Positions 36,991 to 48,351 of a stretch of DNA of 52,943 bases are shown here, piece after piece. The number at the start of each line of letters is the position of its first letter. The first letter of the stretch is position 1. The notes under the pieces were generated by a model. That model made no database searches and had not been told where the DNA came from. It saw nothing but the letters and a program-made list of their open reading frames with translations. This stretch comes from Octopus bimaculoides. Lineage: Eukaryota. Made by a program: the position numbers and the translations under genes. Location of the stretch: NCBI RefSeq assembly GCF_001194135.2, contig NC_068984.1, positions 29,225,726-29,278,668 of the forward strand, given 5' to 3'.

Positions 36991-37013
36991 GAATTGTTTC
37001 AAATGGGAAAAAG
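36991..37013 (+). other. Candidate 23-nt microexon
   Basis: Acceptor TTCTGTTCATTTTACAG| and donor AAG|GTATGA. Confidence 0.3.
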
Positions 37014-37361
37014 GTATGAATGCCATAAGGCATTTTGATTTAGTCAATAAACGTTTTTTAGTGTGTACGAACATATTTCTACTTGCCTATATTCATAAAG
37101 CCCTTTACCTCTTAGGCCTTTTTGAATGCAGCAAAGTAAAGATCCACTTTGTTGAGACACACTTTCGGAAGGTGGAATATGCAGCGTGGTCTTGATCTTG
37201 ACTGGAGAAATTCTCCGCCACTCAAATAATGCCGTTATTTTCATTTGGAGTGTTACTGCATGCCAGGGGAAACAGTAATGCTTTGAATTTTCTAATTTTG
37301 AAGGCTGTCACAAAATATAGTTGATCAACAGGTTTCGATCAGTAGTTGGAACAATTAGTAT

Positions 37362-37582
37362 CGATTTCAAATCTTGGCACAAGACCAAGCAAGTTCAGGA
37401 GTTGGGAGTTAAGTCGATTACATCGACCCTAGTGATCGACTGGTTCTTATGTTATCGACCTCGAAAGAATGAAAGGCAAAGTCGACCTCGGCAGAATTTG
37501 AATTCAAAACGTTAAGACGGACGAAATGCTGCTAAATATTTTGTCCGACGCGCTAATGATCCCGCCAGCTCGCTGCCTTATT
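37362..37582 (-). mobile_element. SINE family C
   Basis: GATTTCAAATCTTGGCACAAG..GGCAAAGTCGACCTCGGCAGAATTTGAATTC..GCCAGCTCGCTGCCTT. Confidence 0.88.
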
Positions 37583-37584
37583 CT

Positions 37585-37812
37585 TTTATTATTTTACACT
37601 GTTCAGTGATTTGACTGTAGCCATGCTGGAGCATTGCCTTAAAGGGTTTTAGTCAAAGAATTCGACCCAGGACTTATTCTTTGTAAGCTTAGTGCTTGTT
37701 CTATCGGTCTCTTTTGCCGAACCGCTCAGTTACGGGGACATAAACATACCAACATTGGTTGTCAAGCGACGGTGAAGGACACACACACATGTATGTGTAC
37801 ACGACGGCTTCT
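37585..37812 (-). mobile_element. SINE family A 3' half
   Basis: CAGTGATTTGACTGTAGCCATGCTGGAGCA..GGTCTCTTTTGCCGAACCGCT. Confidence 0.85.
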
Positions 37813-37874
37813 AAGCTTTAAATATTACATTTTTTTCACCTCTTAAGATGCTATTCATTAGCTTGTGATTACTT

Positions 37875-38215
37875 GGCTGATGGGCTGGTAAAATCGTTAG
37901 AGCGATGCACATAATATTTCTACCGGTTCCTTACATTCCGAGTTCAAATCCCGCTACGACTAACTTTGACTTTCATCCTAAATTACGACCCACTAATTTT
38001 GTTAAATATGTTATGGCTGTGATCTGGCCTAATCGTTAGAAGGTCGAGCAAAATCCTTTATTGTATTTGTTTCGGCTCAATACATTCTTAGTTCGAATCT
38101 CGTGGAAGTCAACATTGCCTTTAACCCCCACTGGAGCCAATAAAGTACCAGTGAAGTGCTGAGGATTGAATTAATCAGTTAATCTGTCCTCACAAAATTC
38201 AGGCTTAGTGCTTAT
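37875..38215 (+). mobile_element. Two diverged tandem SINE family C copies
   Basis: GAGTTCAAATCCCGC (37960) and TAGTTCGAATCTCG (38090) B-boxes each preceded by AATCGTTAGA. Confidence 0.6.
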
Positions 38216-38224
38216 GTTATAAAC

Positions 38225-38477
38225 CAGTGGTTCCCAATCGGGGTCCACATGTCCCTTGGAGATCCATATAAGATTTTGTTTTTAAAATTTATCTGCAAAA
38301 ATTTTATAATAGTTCCACAATACACAAAATATTTCAACAATTTTTTTGTAGAATTCCAAATAATATTTAAGTATAAAAATATGTTTTTCTTTTTAAATTT
38401 CAAATGACCATGGGGGCCCAGTTGCGTGAAATAGGAATCAAAGGGGTCCACAAGCAAAAAGGGATTGCGGAGGCCTG
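38225..38477. mobile_element. hAT (Charlie-like) MITE with 8-bp TSD
   Basis: Left TIR CAGTGGTTCCCAA; decayed right end; TSD TTATAAAC (38217-38224) / TTATAAAT (38478-38485). Confidence 0.8.
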
Positions 38478-38834
38478 TTATAAATCATTTAAGATAGAGC
38501 TATAAGGCAGTAGATGGCAAATAGTTGTGTAGCGGGCATCATTCGCTTCAGTTTTAAGTGGGTTTTTTTTTTTTTTTTACTTCTCTACGACTAGGATTAC
38601 ATTCTGCCGAGAGTGAAGCTTTCTTTTCATCTTCCGGCGTCGATAAAATAAAGTGCGAAATATAATCGATTATGGCCTCCTGAAAAATTTGTGCCATATG
38701 AGAACTCAACAGTGTATATATATAATAAATACATTTTGCATATGCATTATTGATTATCAAAAAAAAATCTCAATAAATTTATCTACCGATCATTTTTCAG
38801 TTGTGATTATCCTCCCCCACCCCACTCATGTTGT

Positions 38835-39045
38835 TTAAGGTAACCAAATGGCAGAAATGTTAGAGCGTCGACTAGAATAACCTGCAATTTTTTTCTTGAC
38901 TGTAGCACTCTGAGTTCAAATCCCGCCGAAGTTAACTTTGTTTTTAATAGCTTCCAGAGTTAATAACATAAAGTACCAGTTGAATACTGGAGTCGATACA
39001 ATCGACTTCCTCGAACTTCTTGGCCTTGTGCCAAAATTAGAAGAA
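38835..39045 (+). mobile_element. SINE family C
   Basis: TGGCAGAAATGTTAGAGC..GAGTTCAAATCCCGCCGAAG..GGCCTTGTGCCAAAATTAGAA. Confidence 0.8.
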
Positions 39046-39059
39046 AAAAAATCATTTTC

Positions 39060-39342
39060 CAAGGGTGAATTACTCAAACACCAAAGAATTCATCTCAAAA
39101 CATGGTTATGATGCTCCCCCACTACTTCTGCTCGTGATCAGAGATGCACATATCGTCAGCCACTAAGGGATATACTAAACTGTTTAAGGTCAAACAACTG
39201 ACAAGCAAATCTGTGGTATTGAGCAGAATATTTGCTGTAGCCCATCTTTTATACCAAAACAAAACAATGTACATGATGATAACACTGTCAATCAGTTCAG
39301 ATCAAAAGCCATGAGAACCACTGCCTGGTACTGCATCAGGAC

Positions 39343-39347
<5 letters not shown>
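39060..39347 (+). mobile_element. Unclassified retroposon 3' end terminating in (TTA)n
   Basis: Unique-looking block ending GGTACTGCATCAGGACATT(TAT)n; no protein motif. Confidence 0.35.
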
Positions 39348-39395
<48 letters not shown>

Positions 39396-39397
<2 letters not shown>

Positions 39398-39788
39398 TAG
39401 TTTTATTTTTATAACGTGCTTTCACTTCACTACCGAGCGCAGCTCTGTGCGCCTTGGGTATGTGCTGTGGTTTGCTGTGGTGCTCTTATGTTTACTGTAT
39501 TGAAAGTGTTTTGCGTAGAATGTGTGCAGTACCCAGTAGTGCAATTTTCTGTATGTTATATATATTTGTAAGTCCTGCTATTTTTGTTATGTATTTGTCT
39601 GAATATTTTTTTATTATACCTAAGGCACCTACTATGATAGGAATTGTTTCTGTTTTTAGATTCCACATTCAAGTTATCTCTATTTCCAGGTCTTTGTATT
39701 TTGAAAGTTTTTCCATTTCTTTTAGAGAAACGTTGTCATCTGCTGGTATTGATACATCAATTAGAAAGCATTTTTTTTCTTCATGATC

Positions 39789-39797
<9 letters not shown>
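39396..39797 (-). pseudogene. R4/Dong-clade non-LTR retrotransposon 3' fragment (RLE endonuclease plus 3' UTR)
   Basis: KCFLIDVSIPADDNVSLKEMEKLSKYKDLEIEIT*MWNLKTETIPIIVGALG...QKIALLGTAHILRKTLSIQ*; flanked both sides by (AAT)n. Confidence 0.9.
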
Positions 39798-39844
<47 letters not shown>

Positions 39845-39848
39845 GTTA

Positions 39849-39885
<37 letters not shown>

Positions 39886-39886
<1 letters not shown>

Positions 39887-40100
39887 GCGGCGAGCTGGGA
39901 GAATCGTTAGCGAGCTGGATGAAATGTTTAACGGTATTTCACTCGTCGCTACGTTCCGAGTTCAAATTCCGCCATGGTTTACTTTGGCTTTCATCGTTTC
40001 GGGCTCGATAAATTAAGTACCAGTGAAACACTGGAGTCGATGTAATCGACTAGTCCCCTCCCCACAAATCTGAGGCCTTATGCTTCTAGTAGAAAGAATT
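39886..40100 (+). mobile_element. SINE family C
   Basis: GCGGCGAGCTGGGAGAATCGTTAGC..GAGTTCAAATTCCGCC..TAGTAGAAAGAATTATT. Confidence 0.88.
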
Positions 40101-40131
40101 ATTGTTGTTGTTGTTGTTGTTGTTATTATTA

Positions 40132-40620
40132 TTCCTTCGTAACACTGTGTAGGTAATAATGCACCGGAGTCTTTAGTCATTTGTCAAGTCACAACAAGGA
40201 CCTCAAACAGATAATACTTTCCTTAAGATGTGTGCTGTGCCCAATATGGCTGCTTTTTGCAATGCATCAATCTAACATGGGATTTCCAGTTTCCTTTAGA
40301 AGTTTTGAAGTTTCAATGAGATTGAGCCCAACGTTCCGATCACCACCGGTATCACTTTTACGTTGCCCTCTCGCATTCCATACAGTCTTGTCATTTGCAC
40401 TTTCAATTCGGAGAACTTGGTGATTTTTTCAACCTCTTTATTCATAACATTCATGTCATTTGGTATGGCTACATTAATGATCTGACAATATTTGTCTCTT
40501 TTATTCAATAAGACAATATCCAGCCGACAGTGTTCGATTACACGATCCGTCTGAAAATCATAGCCCCAGAGTATCGTTACTTTTCCATCCTCCTGCATAA
40601 CTTTACTTGGTACATGCTCA
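40132..40620 (-). pseudogene. Second R4/Dong-clade 3' fragment (different subfamily)
   Basis: ORF 40296-40598 ILWGYDFQTDRVIEHCRLDIVL..IINVAIPND..KEVEKITKF..VIPVVIGTLG, continuing LQKAAILGTAHILRKVLSV*; tail at (AAT)n. Confidence 0.9.
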
Positions 40621-40667
40621 TACCAGTGCTCTGTTACTTCATATTGGTGTTTACGACATAAGAGCCA

Positions 40668-41025
40668 AAGACGACGAGCCGGCAGAGTCGTTATTACACC
40701 GGGCGGAATGCTTAGCGGTATTTCGTCTACCGCAACGTTCTGAGTTCAAATTCCGCCGGGGTCGACTTTGCCTTTCCTCCTTTAAGGGTCGATAAATTAA
40801 GTGAGAATTTACAAAAAAGCAAAAGACGAAGACGGGTGTGTAAACAGCAAACATATGTATTAGTTAAACGCTCGGGAAGTGAGAAAGTATTTTACGTTTC
40901 GAGCCTACGCTCTTCGACAGAAAAAAATAAGATAAATTAAGTACCAGTGAAACACTGGGGTCGATGTAATCGACTTAGTCCCTCCCTACAAATTTCAGGC
41001 CTTGTGCCTATAGTAGAAAGAATTA
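40668..41025 (+). mobile_element. SINE family C interrupted by 128-bp insertion
   Basis: C sequence stops after GTCGATAAATTAAGT (40802) and resumes GATAAATTAAGTACCAGT (40931). Confidence 0.9.
40803..40930 (-). ncRNA. 128-bp hammerhead-bearing insertion with 12-bp TSD
   Basis: TSD GATAAATTAAGT (40791-40802 / 40931-40942); minus strand TTT-CTGTCGA-A-GAGC-GTAG-GCTC-GAAA-CG-TA-AAA (40924-40889). Confidence 0.65.
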
Positions 41026-41998
41026 CTATCATCGTCATCATCATTGCAGTAATGAAAGGACGCTGGATAGTAAAAACAGTACTAAATGCCCTGCAGATTT
41101 AATTATATTCTTTTACCGTTTTGATTCAAATGTCATCAGTTTTGACTTTGTTACTCATAGAACCGACTCCGCAGGGACAAAACGAAAACATTTAGGGTAT
41201 AAAGGTCGATTCTTGACTGCACCTATTTCTTTTCTTCTGTCAAGTGTAATATATTTTATGAAAACATTAGCTCTTATACATGTGTATGTATGTAATCGTG
41301 TACGGACGTTCGTACGTTTGTTTGTATCTGTGTGTATGCGCGTGTGTGTGTATGCGTTTGTGTGTGTGTGTGTGCGTGCGTGCGTCTGCGTGCGTGTGTA
41401 GTTGTTCCCATAATACTTTTCTTGGTATTGGTGTCAAAGGCTTCTTACTGTATATTGTTGGAAAAGAGTAAGAAGATGGAGGAGGAAAGAAGAAGGTGAA
41501 GGAGGGGTAAAGGAGAGAAGAGAAGAGAATGAGGTGAGAGAAAGAGGTGGAGGACAAAGAGGGGAAGAAGGAGGAAGAGGAGAAGGAAAAAAGGAGTAGG
41601 AGGAGCAGAAGAAGAAGAAGAAGAAGAAGACGTCACACAAACAACAGTAATAACTCGCCGCTTTTATTTTTCTTAGTTTTATCTCAGTTGATGGTTATGA
41701 GAAAAAATGTGTTGTCAGGTTCGGTGGTATATTTACTGTTACATAATCCCTGTCCTCATCGACACCCTTGTCGCAAATGTCACTACTGCCTTCATCACCA
41801 CTGAACTTTCAGTAAGGAAGCTTTCACGTAATCACATAAACAAGTTCCCAGCTTTTAACCATTGCAAAAATCGATAATATTTTGCAACCCTATTTAAGAG
41901 AAGAAAATATTAAGATATATATAAAAAAAAGAGGATAGAGTATTTTATATTTGGTACGTTCTTCTAGGGGAAAATATTTGTTCCGTTTTTTTTTGCAG

Positions 41999-42109
41999 TA
42001 GATGTTGTGTTGTAGCCGTTATGGAAAAACATCTTGCATTCTATCAAACAGAACCTTTCAGAATTATGCCACAACCCATCAGTGGCGTAACTAGGGGTTG
42101 CTCGGGGAG
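41999..42109 (+). other. Candidate 111-nt exon whose donor lies in a MITE end
   Basis: Acceptor TTCCGTTTTTTTTTGCAG| and donor GAG|GTAAGT; one open frame RCCVVAVMEKHLAFYQTEPFRIMPQPISGVTRGCSG. Confidence 0.3.
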
Positions 42110-42248
42110 GTAAGTGAGACGTCCACCCCATGCGATACTTTTTTTGGAGGTGACACTTTTGGGCTGTTTTATAAGCGTGTTTAGGGTAGGATGCACCCGG
42201 CAACACAAGATTTGCCTTCGGGCGCCACTCACTCTAACTATTCCGCTG
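42080..42248. mobile_element. hAT-type MITE
   Basis: Left TIR CAGTGGCGTAACTAGGGG; decayed right end CTAACTATTCCGCTG; TSD not evident. Confidence 0.55.
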
Positions 42249-42512
42249 CAGCTCACTGATGGAAACCCATTGTTCTATGTGGGTGCTCGACATGCCGCAA
42301 TTAGCAGCCAAATTCCTTCAATTTACACGATTTAGTGTGATTTGAGGGATGTATAGTTGCTATTTCTAGCAGGTCGAGCAAGCGCGTAGACACAATTTTA
42401 TTCTCTTGTGACAGCAATTGCCAATCACTGTGAAAAGGGTTGTTTGTTGGTTGCAACCGAGAAAGTAATAGCTGTGGTATGAAATTTTATTTGTATGGCT
42501 AAGTGAAGTAAC

Positions 42513-42892
42513 ATGTGGAGGGGCAATGGCCCAGTGGTTAGGGCAGCGGACTCGCGGTCATAGGATCGCGGTTTCGATTCCCAGACCGGGCGTTGTGAGT
42601 GTTTATTGAGCAAAAACACCTAAAGCTCCACGGGGCTCCGGTAGGGGATGGTGGCGAACCCTGCTGTACTCTTTCACCACAATTTCTCTCACTCTTGCTT
42701 CCTCTTTCTGTTGTGCCTGTAATTCAAAGGGTCAGCCTTGTCACACTGTCACGCTGAATATCCCCGAGAACTACGTTAAGGGTACACGTGTCTGTTGAGT
42801 GCTCAGCCACTTGCACGTTAATTTCACGAGCAGGCTGTTCCGTTGATCGGATCAACTGGAACCCTCAACGTCGTGAGCGACGGAGTGCCAAC
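42513..42892 (+). mobile_element. SINE family B, full length, 11-bp TSD
   Basis: TSD AGTGAAGTAAC at 42502-42512 and 42893-42903; head TGGCCCAGTGGTTAGGGCAGCGG..GTTTCGATTCCCAG. Confidence 0.93.
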
Positions 42893-43194
42893 AGTGAAGT
42901 AACTCGTAGGTGTCACGGTACATGCGATGTGTTAGATCGAGGTCTGTCCCATGCAACTATCATGACTCAGTGTAGGCCCGCACTAAGATCTGAACTCAGA
43001 ATTACTGATTAACAAAAGAGACTTCAATTTCTCATTGATGCTGTCGGGAAACACTTGAAGAACCGTCACCCTAATCTTTAGCAGAGTGACGAATATTCTG
43101 ATGAGATATGACAGGGCGATAATGTTTTAGGTGGGAATCATAGCTATGCCAAAACACTGATAATTACACCAACGCAAAATATATTCGATGTGAA

Positions 43195-44240
43195 TTGCAC
43201 TTTATTTCATCGACCCCGAAGGAATATAAGACAAAGTTGACTTCGGGGTCATTTGAACTATGAATGTAACGAACTGGAAGAAATGGCGCTAACGATTCTG
43301 CTAGGTTGCCGCCTCAACAATAATAATCGTTTCAAATTTTAGCACAAGGTCAGCAACGTCGGGTGAGGGTGTAAGTCTATTACGTCGACCCTAGTGCTCA
43401 ACTAGTACTTAATTTACCGACCCTGAAAAGATGAAAGGCAAAGTCGAACTCGGCAGAACTTGAACTCAGAACGCAAAGACGGACGAAATGCCGCTAACCA
43501 TTTATGGTCCGCCGCGTAACTTTCTGCCGGTTCGCCGCCAACAACAACAACAACAACAATAATAATAATAATAATAATCCTTTGGCTTGAAATTTGGCGG
43601 GAGGGGACTAATCGTTTACATTGCCCCCAGTGTTTCACTGGTACTTAATTTACCGACCCTGAAAAGATGAAAGGCAAAGTCGATCTCGGTGGAATATGAA
43701 TTTAGAACGTAAGGACGGACAAAATGCCGCTAAGCATTTTGTTTGGCATGCTAACAATTCTGCCACCTCGCCGCCTTAATAATAATAATAATAATAATTA
43801 TAATTATAATAATAATAATTATAATAATTATAATATAATAATAATTTATTTTCTACTCTAGGCACAAGGCCCGAAATTTTTGGGGAAGGGCTAGTCGATT
43901 AAATCGACGCCAGTACGCTAAGCGTTTCGTCCAGTGTGCTAACGATTCTGCCAGCTCGCTGCCTTAATAGCAAGACGAAGAAGAAGAAGAAGAAGAAGAA
44001 GAAGAAGAAGAATCCTTTCTACGATAGGCACAAAGCTTGAAATTTGTGGGGAGGAGCTAAGTCGATTACATCGACCCCAGTACTTGATTGGTGCTTTTTT
44101 TTCTCTTTTTATCTACCTCGAAAGGATAAAAGGCAAAGTCAACCTCAGCTGAATTTGAACTCAGATCCTAACGCCGGAAGAAATGCGGCTAAATAGTTTG
44201 TCCTACGAGATAACGATTCTGCTTGCTTGCTGCCGCAATG
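43195..44240 (-). mobile_element. Head-to-tail array of five SINE family C copies
   Basis: Units near 43195-43320, 43325-43545, 43580-43780, 43850-43965, 44010-44235, same strand, separated by (AAT)n, (AAC)n, (GAA)n. Confidence 0.88.
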
Positions 44241-45350
44241 ATGATGATGATGATGATGGTGATAACAACAATCATATAATAATAAATACTGCAACAATTG
44301 TTTCGATGCCGCTGACAACGACTTTCCACCACAACTACTACCATCAACACTACCACCACTACCACCGCCGCTATAACCACTACCTCAACTACCATTCTTT
44401 TCAATAAATATTCTTTATGCCATTACCTAAAACTACGACAACAACGAAGACCTTGTGAATGTCCCAGCATCACCGCGGCTGGCTCTACCTTGGTAATAAA
44501 CACAGCTATTATTTCTCTCACGACTACCACGACCACCACGACTACCACCATCACGACAGCAAAACAACATTTATTTTCTTATCCTTAAGGAGTAACATAA
44601 GTGGAGCAAGCAGCAACACTAACAAGCCCGAAGATTATCGCGGTTGCTATGATCAGTCGATATAATAGTTGCAGCAGTAGTGCAATAGAGAAGTAACTGC
44701 CGAGCCGTTGTGTCGTGTTGTTGTTGTTGTTGTTGTTGTTATTATTATTACTTTTGGTGGTGTGAGTCTATGAGTAGTTGAGATAATAGAAATATTGGTT
44801 ATAGCATTACTAAAAACAAACGTGGTGGCGGTGGTTGCTATCACAGCAGTGCTAGTGGCCGGTAGCTGTGGTCCTACTCACAGAACAGAATTGCTGTGAG
44901 CTAATGTTACTTTGTTTTGAAAGTGAAACTGAAAGTTGCCGGAGCGATACACGCGTTCCCGTATATTTAAATGTAGTAGCAGCCCATTGCAATAATCGAA
45001 AAAGTGGTTGTAGCAACATGAACAACATTATAGTAGTAGTAGTGGTGGTGTTGGTGTTGGTGGTGGTGTTGGTGTTGGTGATGGTTGTGGGGGTGAGGTG
45101 GTGATGGTGGTGGTAATTCTTTTTTGCTACGGTTAGGAAAGTAAAAGCTGGAAGTTACGTTCATCTCGGTTTTATTATAAGGAAATAATCGTGTGAAATG
45201 TTTGTGATATTATTAGCAGCGAAGCGGCAGTTGTAGTAGAAGCAGAAGAGCAGAAGTATTCGTAATAGTGGTGTTAATAGTATCGTAGGTGGTGATGGTG
45301 GTAGTACTGCTGTTTGTTTCTGAAGTTAAATTATCTAATAACATCGGACC
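44235..45350. repeat. Mosaic trinucleotide low-complexity region (GAT/CAC/TAC/GTT/GGT)
   Basis: Alternating short imperfect triplet runs; no coherent ORF. Confidence 0.85.
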
Positions 45351-45616
45351 CCCAGCACCTTGTTGTAATGGCGGTGAAACGGTAGAAAGGTACTCCAAAT
45401 AACATTCTATATTTAGTTGTGTTCCTCAATATTCAGAGTCCTTATCTTGTCTTAGTCAACTTCGTTTTTATTCATCGCTTTTGGATCGACAGCACAAAAG
45501 CTAAAGTTTTCTGTTCAATCAACAATGCTCCTCCTTCCAGCACATTTAAGGCATTGAACGAATGGAGCAAATTATTATAATTGCTCCAAGTCATATGGGT
45601 CTGAATCAAATCATAT

Positions 45617-46055
45617 CGATTTCAAATTTTGGCACAAGGCCAGCAGTTTTAGGAGAAGAGGTAAGTTGATTACATCGATCTCAGTACTCAATTGGTTCTT
45701 ATTTTATCGATCCCGAAGGATGAAAGGCAAAGTCGATTTCGGTGGAATTTGAACTCAGAACTTGAAGACGAACGAAATACTGCTAAGCATTTCGCCCTGC
45801 CTGCTAATAATGATCCTGCCAGTTCGCAGCCTTTAACTGGCTTCAAATTTTGGCACAAAGCCAGCAATTTTGAGGAAGAACGCACGTCGACTACATCGAC
45901 CCTCAGTGTTCAGTTGGTACTTATTTTATCGACCCCGAAAGGATGAAAGGCAAAGTGGACCTCGACGGAATTTGAACTCAGAACATGAAGACGGATGAAA
46001 TGTCGCTAAGCATTTTGCCCGGCACGTTTAACGTTTCCGCTAGCTCACCGCCTTA
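45617..46055 (-). mobile_element. Two tandem SINE family C copies
   Basis: Units 45617-45830 and 45838-46055, each TTCAAATTTTGGCACAA..GGAATTTGAACTCAGAAC. Confidence 0.9.
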
Positions 46056-46110
46056 AATCAGATTATATTAAGTTCAGTTCATACACTCATCAATTTTCAT
46101 TTTTCATATC

Positions 46111-46208
46111 CTAGAAATATATTGGGTTCTCAATATGAAAAATCTCTAGAACTATACATTTCTAGAAATATATTGGGTTCTCACTATGATGAAAAAAAAA
46201 ATCTCTAG
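46111..46208. repeat. Imperfect tandem duplication of ~40-50 bp
   Basis: CTAGAAATATATTGGGTTCTCA.TATGA..AAAATCTCTAG at 46111 and 46162. Confidence 0.85.
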
Positions 46209-46419
46209 CTGTTATTTAACTCCAGGCCATCTCTGTTTGAGCAGACCTACGAAGTTGTTTTTGTTTTGTTTCTTAGAACAATGTCTGTGCCTGCCCTGTC
46301 TATTGTGTAGTTTCCTTTCCTATGACATTAGGTGTGATTCTAGGGAAATTTATTTGCTACTTTTAGCAGATCTACTGACCACCAAGCAGAGGCTTTGGTG
46401 TTCTTATCACTATTACTAC

Positions 46420-46635
46420 TTTCTCAGCGGATCAGCAGAATTGTCAGCCCGTCGAAAGAAATGCCTTGCAATATTTGTTCCATCTCTTCACATTCTGAGT
46501 TCAAATACCACCGAAGTCGATCCGGCCCTTCTTCTTTTCAGGTCGATAAAACATAATACCATTCAAGTACCATCGTAAATGGTATCAGCTCAACCACTCC
46601 CTTCAAAATTGCTGGCTTTGTGTCTAAATTAAAAT
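46420..46635 (+). mobile_element. SINE family C, diverged
   Basis: CATTCTGAGTTCAAATACCACCGAAGTCGAT..GGTCGATAAAA..GCTGGCTTTGTGTCTAAATT. Confidence 0.7.
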
Positions 46636-47129
46636 CTATTATTGTTGTTATTTAGATCCATGTCATCCTTGGTTCAGTAAAGTTAATGATCAAATGCAAT
46701 CCGGCTTTGATCATCCTATCTCTTCATACATATTTTCATTCTCAAACGTCTGCTTCTTTAAGAGGGTTTCGTATAATTTGAGGAAGATTTGGCTGCTATT
46801 TTTAGCCTGTCGAACAACCAAGCGACTTTTGTGTGTGGTCGGCAGTCAACAGAGCTACTTTGTAATAGCAGTACATTCAATTCTTACGCTTTGTTAGAAT
46901 AGTTACTACTGCTAGTCTTGCCTGTTCTTTGCTATCGTTGACAGTCATCGCCGTTGTTGTTTACGTTGTTCTTGTTGTTATTGTTATTGTTTTCGCTTCC
47001 GCTCTTTTCGTTGTTTTTAAAGGATAATAAGCGGGTTATGGTCGTTTGAATGAAGGGCTGACATGTTTGCCGAGAAAGAAATTTCGAAGTTACTGGATAG
47101 CTCGTCTAGGTTGAAAGACTGGACTATTG

Positions 47130-47184
<55 letters not shown>

Positions 47185-47339
47185 GTCTGTCTGTCTGTCT
47201 GCCTGCCTGTCTGTCTGTCTGTCTGCCTGTCTGTCTTCTGCCGGTCTGTCTGTCTATCTACACACACACACACACATACACACGCACACACACACACACA
47301 CGCACACACACACAGACACACACACACACACACACACAC

Positions 47340-47455
47340 AGAGGCGCAGGCGTGACTGTGTGGTAAGAAGCTTGCTTCCTAACCATATGGCTTCGGGTTC
47401 GGTCACATTGCATGGCATTTTGGGCAAATGTCTTCTACTATAGCCTTGGACCAAC
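47340..47455 (+). mobile_element. SINE family A head, rest in gap
   Basis: GGCGTGACTGTGTGGTAAGAAGCTTGCTTCC..TTTGGGCAAATGTCTTCTACTATAGCC. Confidence 0.85.
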
Positions 47456-48351
47456 NNNNNNNNNNNNNNNNNNNNNNNNNNNNNNNNNNNNNNNNNNNNN
47501 NNNNNNNNNNNNNNNNNNNNNNNNNNNNNNNNNNNNNNNNNNNNNNNNNNNNNNNNNNNNNNNNNNNNNNNNNNNNNNNNNNNNNNNNNNNNNNNNNNNN
47601 NNNNNNNNNNNNNNNNNNNNNNNNNNNNNNNNNNNNNNNNNNNNNNNNNNNNNNNNNNNNNNNNNNNNNNNNNNNNNNNNNNNNNNNNNNNNNNNNNNNN
47701 NNNNNNNNNNNNNNNNNNNNNNNNNNNNNNNNNNNNNNNNNNNNNNNNNNNNNNNNNNNNNNNNNNNNNNNNNNNNNNNNNNNNNNNNNNNNNNNNNNNN
47801 NNNNNNNNNNNNNNNNNNNNNTATATATATATATATATATAATACAGAATGGGACAAGAACACAAAACATCCAGACAGACGATACAAAGGAAACACAGAC
47901 AGGTCATTCGGAGTTTTCTTTCTTCAGTCGAGATCCAGATTATCCTTGCAATTTCGGCTGGTTATTCTCGTTCACCATTGGGATATGGAAACACTTGCAA
48001 AGCCTCCTCTATTTGTATCAGACCTCTAGTCATATTCTTTGCAGTAAAATGGTGGTCAGAGTTTCTATATGCTCTTCTTACCCTGTAGCTTGTTTTTGTT
48101 CTAACATCATCAACTCCTCATTAGACAAACTTAATTCAGATGAGCCTAACAGCTCAACTACAACTTCTACAACTTCTTAAAACCTACATCATTTACCAGT
48201 GTCATAGTATCTTACTGAACTCAATGTAGACTTTCTGCTGGTGAATAAACTGGAAAGTAAAGGATGCAGTCAGGTCATACGTTTTGCCAAGCGCTAGCCA
48301 TAGCTAAGTATTTCACTGCATCCCACGACTCGACTATGTTGTCTACGACAT

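Noticed and set aside
39396-40620. R4/Dong as the mobiliser of SINE family C
   Set aside because: Tails are opposite in sense ((AAT)n vs (ATT)n), 3' ends share no visible similarity, and C copies show 14-19-bp TSDs at varied sites.
47845-47965. Hammerhead in a Penelope-like repeat end
   Set aside because: CAGCCGAAA half is present but no upstream CTGANGA with matching stem II; cannot call a ribozyme.
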